A DNA stretch of 64,000 bases from contig OX597822.1 of NCBI GenBank assembly GCA_951406725.2, positions 32,364,001 through 32,428,000 on the forward strand, in the 5' to 3' direction. Source of the stretch: Octopus vulgaris (lineage: Eukaryota). Positions 26,576-36,569 of this stretch are shown here, in pieces (the first letter of the stretch is position 1; each line of letters starts with the position of its first letter). Below the pieces are notes generated by a model that saw only the letters and a program-made list of their open reading frames with translations, did not search any database and was not told the origin of the DNA. The translations under genes were made by a program, and so were the position numbers.

Positions 26576-27849
26576 ATTATATTTTTTCAGAACGGCTGCT
26601 GATACAAAGAATATCCATAGATTTTTATAAGCTCTCTAAATTTTTTTTTCATATCTGTCGTTTATTTCGATCTCCATGCACCGCGTTGACTCACAAATAG
26701 AAGGCGGGCATTTCTACTTGTAGAAAGCCTTAGTAACTATGTTGCAGCCTCTATTAACAACAGAGGCTATAGTCGCTACGGTAGAGGTGTATAGATTGCT
26801 ATTACCGGTGGCAGTGTTAGCGGCGGCGGCGGAGGCGGTGCTGGCATTACCAACATTACTATAATTCGCGATGGAGACAGTAGCAAATGAGAAACGGCGT
26901 GGATGTCTGTGTTGTAAGTTAATGTTTATGCTGTTATGCTGTTCTTAGATTTTGATCATCCCTCATTGATTAGATCTATGATCAATCGTGGTGAAGCCAT
27001 TTAAATAAAAAAAATGATATAAACACGTAGAAGAGATGGTGACTGGATGTTGCAACTGCAATAAATCGGTAATTTTCGCAGTTAATTTTACTACCGATTA
27101 TTCTGGTCTTCTCAGCTTCTATACTTCCATCATTTGGTAAAGTTCCTCCTTTCACACATCCATCCCTATAATTTTCTATCTCAACAGTTATTTTTGTTGT
27201 AAATATATTTAAAAAAGAAAATGGCACTAAGAACAATTTTATAACGTTTCCGAGAATAAAATTAAATAAATAATAATGTACTTCATTAGCCAAATCAATT
27301 TTAAAGAGCTATAAATTTTCTTATTTGAGTTGGATCTTATATTTTATGGCGCTCTTCACTGCAAAATTCTGGTAAAATATATTCATGTAACTTTAGCAAA
27401 TTGAAAAAATAATTTATTGTATTTAATGTGCAATGCTATTTATACTAACAATGTAAGACTATAATAAGTTACTGCTCAAAAAATTATTGGCCGAGATAGC
27501 TGTTGAAGAAATAAATTCTTAGACACATATATCAGCCAAAAATACGTCAAATATATTGGTAGCCAAACTTACCGCAACATAAATGATTAATAAATTTCAC
27601 TTCAGTTCGGCAGATGTGAAAACATTTCTACCATTGAGAAGGAAAATAAGATATTTTATTTAGAAACACTCTACAAAAATAGATAAAAGCATTCCAATAG
27701 AACGCCATCGTCGTGATCAGAAGTCGCTGAGAAAATTTCTCTAAAGACGCGATAATTGTTGTAATGAATTTTATTTTAATGAACATCCACTATTTTTGTA
27801 GTAGAAATTGATGACGGCACTTAGTATATTTTTCTCATTGATATATATG

Positions 27850-28078
27850 CTTCTTTACTACCCACAACGGGCTAAACATAGAGGGGACAAAAAGGACAGA
27901 CAAACGGATTAAGCCGATTACATCGACCCAGAGCGTAACTGGTACTTAATATATCGACTTCGAAAGGATGAAAGGCAAAGTCAACCTCGGCGGAATTTGA
28001 ACTCAGAACGTAGCAACGGGCGAAATACCGCGAAGCACTTCGCCCGGCGTGCTAACCTCTCTGCCAGCTCGCCGCCTT
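27850..28078 (-). mobile_element. Full-length family A SINE with target-site duplication
   Basis: Complete from head (AAGGCGGCGAGCTGGCAG) to tail (GTGGGTAGTAAAGAAG). TTTCTCATTGAT(T)ATATAT flanks both sides (27831 and 28077). Confidence 0.95.
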
Positions 28079-28917
28079 TCTCATTGATTATATATTTCAG
28101 TAAATTTTGATACTGATATTTCTTTTCGCTGTAATTTCAAATTGAACACTTATGATAGACATTTGTATAAAGCGTGAGGCGCACATACACACTTGAAGAA
28201 TTGTTGTTTTAATACAGAAAAACACAGATAATACCATATTAACACGTATGTAAAAGAGTGTTGTGAATATGTTACAAACGGTTTAGAGATATGCAAATCA
28301 TGTTAGGGATGATAAAAGTAGAGTCTTGTATGTTGTACGTTTTGAGCTTGTTTTAATTTGTATTAACAGGAACCATATTCAAAAGAAGATTCCGGCTTCC
28401 TTTATAGTTAAGTAAACAATTAACATTATTATAATTCTTTATATTCTAAATACGTGTTAATGCATATATACATACATACATGACGGCTTTCAGCTAGCAG
28501 ATATGTAAGTCATTACTGATAAATCTAGGCTTGTGGAAACATTTAGGTCTAATAGCTTTGCACAACACATCAAAGACCCTATCTACCCTATTGACACGAT
28601 CCAGAGACAAATATAGGCAACATATGGGTTCGTATGCTCAGGAGAGACGGAGCATGATAATCTCAAGTGGAAGCAAAATATACCAAAAATGTCCAATAAC
28701 ATTGTCTATATATTCGTTTTTATATCAGTGACCATCAAAAGATATACATTAATAAAAGCTGAGGAATGCTTCAATCTCGGTGGTCACCCAGCACGCCGGT
28801 AACCTGTCCGCAAGTTCTGAGTGCCAATGATATTGCTAGAGTCATTGAACCTTCAGTGGATTCAGGTATCCACTTTTCTTTTTATTTGGTCAGATAACTC
28901 ATGAAGTATTTTACGAG

Positions 28918-29048
28918 AGCTACTGATAACATAGAATCCAGTACAACATATTGCATGGTCGGGTAGTTGGAAAACTAGCACTTGCAGCGGGATAGCCTGA
29001 GGAGGAGGGTTGTTAGAAACCCTGCCAGACTAAGAAAAAAACTTGTCA
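28918..29048 (+). repeat. Unclassified dispersed repeat (copy of 15553-15690)
   Basis: Shared blocks as listed for 15553-15690. Confidence 0.75.
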
Positions 29049-29107
29049 AAAGATCATATTTGCATACACACACACAAACTCACCCGAACACAAGCAAACG
29101 CATATCA

Positions 29108-29165
<58 letters not shown>

Positions 29166-29167
29166 TT

Positions 29168-29351
29168 AGGTGCAGGAGTGACTCTGTGGTCGGTAGCTTG
29201 CTTACCAACCACATGGTTCCAGGTTCAATCCCACTGCTTGGCACCTTAGGCAAGTGTCTTCTACTATAGCCTCAGGCTGACTAAATTTGATAGACGGATA
29301 CTGAAAGAAGCCCGTCGTATATATGTATCACTCTGAAACAAGTAAAAGAGT
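29168..29351 (+). mobile_element. SINE family B, internally deleted (head joined to tail)
   Basis: tRNA head, CORE-like ACCTTAGGCAAGTGTCTT, then directly the CTGAAACAAGTAAAAGAGT tail. Confidence 0.85.
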
Positions 29352-29477
29352 GATTGTTAGCTCCTACAAGCATTTTTTCTCTCCTTTTTCTTCTCTCCTC
29401 TTTTCTCTCCTTTTTTTCTCTCCTTGTTTCTCTCCTTGTCTTTTTCTGTGTAACTTGCTGTCGAAGAGCGTAGGCTT

Positions 29478-29603
29478 TCTTTCTATTTCTGTTGTACCTG
29501 TACTTCAAAGAGCCAGCCTAGTCACACTCCTTGTCACGCTGAATCTCTCTGGGAACTACGTTAAGGATACACGCATGTGGAGTGCTCAGCCACTTGCACG
29601 TTA
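29478..29603 (+). mobile_element. SINE family C, internal fragment
   Basis: TGTTGTACCTGTACTTCAAAG...GAACTACGTTAAGG...GGAGTGCTCAGCCACTTGCACGTTAAT is the reverse complement of part of 63110-63328. Confidence 0.85.
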
Positions 29604-29606
29604 ATA

Positions 29607-29802
29607 AATGAACTGCGACGTCACTGGTGCCAAGCTGTATCGGCCTTTGCCTTTCCCTTGGATAACATCGGTGGCCTGGAGAAGGGAGACCGGTATGCAT
29701 GGGCGACTGCTGGTCTTCCATAAACAACCTTGCCCAGACTTGTGCCTCGGAGAGTAGCTTTCTAGGTGCAATCCCATAGTCATTCATGACCGAAGGTGGT
29801 CA
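29607..29802 (+). mobile_element. 3' part of a SINE/LINE-tail repeat
   Basis: GC-rich island with CTTCCATAAACAACCTTGCC...CATGACC resembling RTE-type tails; single copy in this window. Confidence 0.45.
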
Positions 29803-30632
29803 CAATATTTGCGATTATGTTCTCATTACATCCGATATGAAATAAACAATAACATTTTTATGAAAATTACTTGACGCTACGGAATAACTGACAATTGACA
29901 CATATTTTACTAATTATTCCACTGCTGCATATCACAGTACTTTGTTTCATCTTGCAGTGGGCTGTGTGAAATATCTGATTAAAAGCAATTGATGTTTAGT
30001 TGTCACTGTACAACGGAGCTTAATTCTTTCATGATTTAATTACATTTACAAAGACAAAAAAATAATGTTTAAGATTAATGCTAATTATCAGGATGAGAGA
30101 CGATATTGTAGAGATGATAATCACAATTAAATGAAAAGAAAAATATTTCATTTAATTAAGAAGACTTTTCAGTTGTATGCTATCAGATAGAATCATAACT
30201 TTGACAGGATTAAAATCAAATTATGGTCAAAAATATAGTCTAATTGTTCAGAGAGCAAAGAATTATATATATATATATATATTCAAACATATAAGGGATG
30301 GCCATAATATGACATCCGACTCACTAGAAAGAGCAGTTAAACTCCAAACCACTAATAGTTGTAATTCTGAAATGGAAAGAGAAATAAAAACGTTTACCCT
30401 CTCCTTTCTGGACTATGCACAGTTTCGTCAATCTTTAGTAAATAAATTAAATTTATTTACAACTGGCGTGCCTCTTCAGCAGAAAGCCAAGGACTACCAT
30501 GTAGTCACGAAGCAATAATAACCATGATTCGAGTCTATATGCTATAACTTTTGAAAATCCACCACACTCGCGCGGTTTTCTCAGCAGCACATATAAACTG
30601 CCAATTTAATTTCAAAATTAGCCAAAAAATCA

Positions 30633-30764
30633 TTAATTAATAAATTTTAGGGTAGCAAGGAATTCTGAAAATTATATTATATAGCCTATTGACTATTTTT
30701 CCTTTCTCTCTTGACCGCTGGTAGCGGAGAATTTTTCTAGAATTTTTTGCTACCCTAAAATGTA

Positions 30765-30768
<4 letters not shown>
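30633..30768. repeat. Short foldback (~38 bp arms)
   Basis: TTAATAAATTTTAGGGTAGCAAGGAATTCT pairs with AGAATTTTTTGCTACCCTAAAATGTATTAA. Confidence 0.8.
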
Positions 30769-30860
<92 letters not shown>

Positions 30861-30894
30861 TGTGTGTTTGTGTACATACATGCAAACTTATATA

Positions 30895-30934
<40 letters not shown>

Positions 30935-30941
30935 TATATAA

Positions 30942-31704
30942 CTACCAGCTTAGCCCGGCGTTGCCCGGGTATGTAAGAAACTTTGTCGATAAGCAATGCC
31001 CTTTACCTTTTGACCTTTTTTTGTACTCATTGAACCATTATTTTGTAAAAGGAAGCTTAAAAGGCATTAAGGCATTCAAGGCACCGTTCCCTTGCATGCA
31101 AGAAGAAATAGGGAAAATCTATGTGAGCTTTCAAAAAATATCGCAGAAAAATTTGTTTGCTACGTGTGTGCTACATATGAGGTAATTAACCGATTTTGTC
31201 CAGTAATAACGTACCTATTGGAATCAAAGTGGCCATATAGCTCTCTGGAGCAGACATGATGCTCGCTGTGAATTTCAAAAAAAATTCCTGCCAATTTGTT
31301 AAAGATATTGTCGAAAATATGTCATCTTGAATTTGAACGCGATTTCCCAAAATGGCATGATTTTATCGATTTTTTTAATGGTAAGGTATTGTATGGAAAA
31401 CTAACGTCAGAATTAAGTTTGTTAGGGTAACATTAAGCTTCACCATGGTGAGAATCGATTGCAAGTAACGAAAACTACAATGGAAAATGTATTGCATATG
31501 ATAAGCTTAGATTCTCGACCCCATGTTGAATTTATCAATTTTTCTCAGAAATGGGGGAACTTTTCGAACTTTTCGCTGCGTTAGTGTTGAATCATGACAT
31601 GTGTGTGTCAAGTTTCATCAGAATCGGTTGAAAGCCGTGGTCAGGGTGAGGGTACAACCTGACAGACACACAGACAGACAAACTGCCTTTTATATATATA
31701 GAGA
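30942..31704 (-). mobile_element. Non-autonomous Helitron, longer relative of 25572-25946
   Basis: Shares the ~200 bp TC-end (ATTCTCGACCCCATG...GTCAAGTTTCATCAGAATCGGTTGAAAGCCGTGGTCAGGG...AAACTGCC..TATATATAGAGA) and the hairpin CCCGGCGTTGCCCGGG; terminal CTAG has mutated to GTAG. Confidence 0.88.
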
Positions 31705-31734
31705 TATATTATATTATATATATAATATAATATC

Positions 31735-31779
<45 letters not shown>

Positions 31780-31809
31780 CATATTATATTATATTATATT
31801 ATATATAGG

Positions 31810-32114
31810 TTCTCATTCCTAAGGTATTTTTCGATGTTATTATTATTACGAGCCTATGGCGTAGTGGTTAAGAGCGCGGGCTACTAACCCCAAGTTTCCG
31901 AGTTCGATTCCAACCAGTAAACCTGTACAATAATAATAATAATAATAATAATGATAATAATAGCATCGAAAAATACCGTAGGAATGAGAATTATGGTTCG
32001 AAATTTCCCAAAGACCCCGGAAGAAGGCTGGAGGGTATATCAGCAGAAATGATGTGCTAACAACAAACAAGATGAGGACAAATATCCGTCGAATGTAAAT
32101 AATGTAAATAATGT
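31810..32114 (+). mobile_element. tRNA-headed, hammerhead-bearing short element with Penelope-type tail and inverted 5' cap
   Basis: A box TGGCGTAGTGG (31857), anticodon-like loop CTACTAA, B box GAGTTCGATTCC; (AAT)n; CGGAAGA-A-GGCTG..CAGCA-GAAA (32018-32049). Tail 32069-32114 is the reverse complement of 48963-49008 (44/46); 31810-31846 is the reverse complement of 31954-31990 (35/37). Confidence 0.8.
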
Positions 32115-33188
32115 ACATAATTTCTCCTCTCTCGAATATAGAACTGAAATGGACTTTTTACGTTCTTTCGGGTATATTTTATTTTTGTTTGTTCAGAAAA
32201 TATTTTTACTATCTTTAGTTTTGGCCAATATTTTGGCTTATATGTCTAAAATATATTTGCTTTCTGCAATGTTTATACTATTTTATTCGAAACCGTCAGT
32301 GATAAATAGATATTCAATAAAATATAGCACCTCTTGGAAGGATTATACTTAATGCTTCGAATTACAGATCAATGCATATCTTGATGCAGGACATTCTCAA
32401 ACTTACCAGACATATGTAGACATATTTTCTGCCATATATATGTTTTATTCATAATATCTCATACGAAACTGATTGCTAATGCATGCAAGAGTTGTATTTT
32501 ATGCAATATAAATACATTTATTGATGAGTTGATAAGTTAGGAAATAACTATTGGTGTTAAATCTTTGCCGAAGATATCAACAAAGCATCGACACTTATAA
32601 GATTCTACATTGCGATATTGAATGTCTTCATGTAAATGCCACACATGAATGTGTTTATTAAATGTTCAGGACACGAAGCTTGTAATAATAATCTTATTTT
32701 GGTTCTTATGTATCTTACAATGTCGGTATTTAGATTACTAATTGAATTTATAACATGCAATAGATAAATACGACTGTCTGTAGTTGTGTTAATTCTCACT
32801 GAAAGTTTCAGATAATGTGAGCATAATATATGGACGAGTTTTATTTAATCATTTAACAAATTCGTAAAGAATGTATCAATCTTAGCGTAACATGTGATGT
32901 GCAAATTTATTATTGAAAGTAATCAATTTAATTATAAAGCCTTTTATCTATTGAGTTCTCATACGTTTTAATATTCTGGAAGGAAACAAACGAATAAAAA
33001 AATATACGCTATGTAATTTTCCTCTTATTCTGCAAGTACTAACCACGATACAAAAGAAAGTCTGCAATTTTACAGAATTAACACAGATTTTATCGCCAGG
33101 AAATTGTCAAATTAACTGCAGCACACCGAATGAAATACTACTGCTCCCACTTCAAATAATAACGATAATAATGTCAACAACGAGAATG

Positions 33189-33189
<1 letters not shown>

Positions 33190-33282
<93 letters not shown>

Positions 33283-33300
33283 CGACAATAATAATAACAC

Positions 33301-33373
<73 letters not shown>
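33190..33373. repeat. (TAA)n(TAG)n microsatellite
   Basis: Directly visible. Confidence 0.95.
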
Positions 33374-33374
<1 letters not shown>

Positions 33375-33539
33375 TTTTAGTATAGGTAACATTAGTTGGT
33401 CAACAAAAATATAAAATAGACAGTAACAGAGTGTTTCGTGGAAAACAGGAACACAGAAATCGGTGATTCTGTTTTCTTCTCTCTCTCTTTATTTCTCTCT
33501 TTCTGTCTATCTGTCTCTCTATCAGTTTGTCCGTCTTTC

Positions 33540-33589
33540 TCGCTCTCTTTCTCTCTCTCTCTCTCTCTCTCAATCTCTCTCTCTTTCTC

Positions 33590-33650
<61 letters not shown>

Positions 33651-33690
33651 GTATGTATGTATGTATGTATGTATGTATGTATGTATATGT
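33540..33690. repeat. (CT)n(TA)n(TATG)n microsatellite
   Basis: Directly visible. Confidence 0.95.
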
Positions 33691-34263
33691 GAACATAAAG
33701 TCGAAAATAGAAGCTCATTACACATTACATATGGGAAAGAATTTGAGATATGAACGAAACAAATTTAAACAAGAGGCCAAAGCTAAAAACTGGTAGTGGA
33801 ACATCTGAAGTAAAAAGAAACCATAATGCCAAACACGACAGTGTGAAAATAAGGCAGTGAGAAATACGACTATTAGAGAGCATTTGCTTTGTTGTTTCAA
33901 TTGATAGAAAAAAGCACTTAAATGATATTCAAATCTCAGTGCAACTTCTTAAAAAGAGTTGACAGAATTTATATTGTAGTTTTATCATTTAAAACTCTGC
34001 CATGGCGTTTCTTACATATTTTGCACTGTAAAGTCTTACCTAAGATTAATAAACAAAAGCAAAATTTATGCAATAGATATATACCAAAGTATAAAAGATG
34101 TGCGCGATATATGATAATACAATACACTAACAGGATAAACATGGCAGTTGTTATTCATGACAGATACAAGTTATGTCAATGTGACTTTGGGAATAAGAAC
34201 GAAAACCTATCACTATGTAATGCAGAAGTAAGGTACAAACACAATTAACGGATATTACTAATA

Positions 34264-34440
34264 ATCCTTTCTACCAAAGTCACAAGGTTTGTAATTGTGT
34301 TGCGAGGAGATGATGGCAACCCCCAATGCTTAACTGATATTTATCTATCGACTCTGAAATATTTCTCGTAATGTTCGAATTCTTCAGCAGAATTTGAACT
34401 CAGAACTTAAAGATTCGGAGCAATACATTTAGTCCGTCAC
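34264..34440 (-). mobile_element. Highly diverged family A SINE
   Basis: TCCTTTCTAC..CACAAGG...GCAGAATTTGAACTCAGAAC. Confidence 0.55.
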
Positions 34441-34769
34441 TGTAGAAAGATTACCTTAATAAATATACGGATCTTAACCCTTTGAGCGGCAGATTTAGAA
34501 ATTAATTTTTTGTAAGTAAACACTTTCAAACTTCGGACACTTGTCGAATGTGTTATATAAAACATTTTTTACTCTTAGTGTTGTTGAGAAAAGTTTCTAT
34601 TTTCAAAGTTATTTCGCGTTAAAGTTTTCGTATTTCGGTAAGTTCAACCAATCAATGACGTGTATTCAGCTGAATAAAATTACTGCTGTTGTTTGTCAGC
34701 AACAAGTTCCGGCGGTGTATATTTCGTTTGTCACTGTTATTTATGACATCGTTCGTGCGCTTGTACTGG

Positions 34770-34894
34770 TTTTAGCTTTAGGGAGTTAGGGTTTTAGAAT
34801 TAGGGTTAGGATTAGGGTTTTAGGGTTAGGGTTAAGGTTTTATGATTAGGGTTACGGTTATAGGGTTAGGGGTTTAGGGTTAGGCTTAGGGTTA
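34770..34894 (+). repeat. Degenerate interstitial (TTAGGG)n telomere-like array
   Basis: Multiple TTAGGG units interspersed with TTAGGA, TTAAGG, TTACGG and TTAGGC variants. Confidence 0.9.
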
Positions 34895-35290
34895 CCTCTT
34901 TAAGTATTAGTCCAAACAGACAATGATATATATCTTTAACAAATGGTGAAATCGACAAGATTGAAAGAGAAAATATCCAGAATGTGGGGGAGGAGAAAAA
35001 TACATACAATTTTTATGATTATAGGTATCTAAAAAATCAATGAAATCATGTAGACAAATGCGAACTCAATCACTCCACAAAAAGCAGTCTTACAAATATA
35101 CAAAATATTTCACTAATAGGAATTTTACACATATAGACCAAATTATTGCAATACTGTCGAAATTATTTTGAATAATTAATAAAACACTGATTATTGCATG
35201 GAATAAAAACTAATGTATTAAAAATGATAATAAACATGGTGCCCCTAATGGTCTCAGCTATTAAAAGGGGAGATACTAACTTCGTACAGA

Positions 35291-35805
35291 AATTGTTTTA
35301 CGCTAGGTAGGAATGCTGAACCCCCTGTTCCAATATATAAGGGCACATATATTGTGCCGTATTGCCAGCTTGAGGTGATGTTTCTCGGGGCTGCACAACT
35401 GTAACATCGTCCCTTTCAGGTCAGCCACATTATGTTGGCAGTTAACCTTTACTTTAAAGAACTGTTACTGAATGTCTCTCTATGAGAGATTTAAAAATAA
35501 TATTTCTATTTTTAGGTCAGTGATATGTGTCACTTTAAAAACTATATATTCGAACTATGAATTCAGCAACGCCATTTGGTCAAGCAGAGGTGATGTGCTG
35601 ATAAAGGGCAATAGCCCCCAAACTAGTCCACTGATTTTGTTTTGTGCTAGGTGAGAGTGCTGAACTCCCCGTTCGAAAATATAATGACACAGAAATTGTG
35701 TGGTATAGCCAGCTAGAAACGATGTTCCTTGGGCCTAGACAACCGAAACATCGTCCCTTCTAGGACAGCCACATTAAGTTGGCAAATAGCCGTTACTTGA
35801 AATTA
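35291..35805. repeat. Diverged direct duplication of a ~170 bp unit (period 344 bp)
   Basis: GCTAGGT..TGCTGAAC.CCC.GTTC...GCCAGCT...GATGTT...AACATCGTCCCTT..AGG.CAGCCACATTA.GTTGGCA occurs at 35291-35460 and 35634-35805. Confidence 0.9.
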
Positions 35806-36569
35806 ACGAATTATACGGGAAAATATGCTTTACTCGCTTTATGAAATTTTTTGTTTTATTATGATATATAAGTTTTAAAATGTCTTTTTGTTGGTAAACA
35901 TATATAGTATTATTTCATTCTTGTTAGAAATTATCAGCATGGCATAGTGTGTGATGATTTGATAAAGTATCTTATGATGTCAAACACTAAAATAGATGAA
36001 CATAATTGTAGTTTATAGGATATTCATTGGGTGAGATGTTCTTTTCTTGTCTTTATAGAACATTAGTAGATTAGGAATCGAGAAAATAAAGATAAAGTTC
36101 TTAGCATTTACATACAGAGGAATAACTAGATCCAAGCAATTCTGACATGTGATTATATCCACTAATTTCAGTTTTAGCCACAAACAACTCCACAAGCCGT
36201 TTCCTATATGTTCTTTAATATATAGTGTTTCTTAGTGATATTCTATTTTATGTGTAGTGGAATAGAAATATATCCATCTTCATAGCTTACGTAAAAAAAA
36301 GAACCTACTGCTTTGAAGACCAAAACTATTATTCAAAGAATCCAAAACGATCCATTCCACGCTAAACCTATTTTATTACGAACTCAGTAAATATAAAACA
36401 GATAAATGCGACTCCAAATTTTTTGACAAGGAAGCATAGGTGCTGAAGGATGTGTTTAGTAAAATTTTGGTGGAACTGCGGAATAAAGATAACTAGATAA
36501 TAGACATGAAAAGCAGCATTTCGCTAAGACTAGCAAAAAAAGAAAGTTATTTACCGAAAACCCGCTTGC

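Noticed and set aside
31850-31920. Functional tRNA gene (anticodon ACT)
   Set aside because: The T stem and acceptor stem do not pair properly and it is embedded in a repeat; treated as a tRNA-derived head.
34770-34894. True telomere
   Set aside because: Short, degenerate and internal.
35360-35785. Twister ribozyme on the minus strand (TAATGTGGC...CGGTTG...GCCC)
   Set aside because: The P2 partner and the pseudoknot-forming GAG segment could not be placed; kept only as an unclassified structure.
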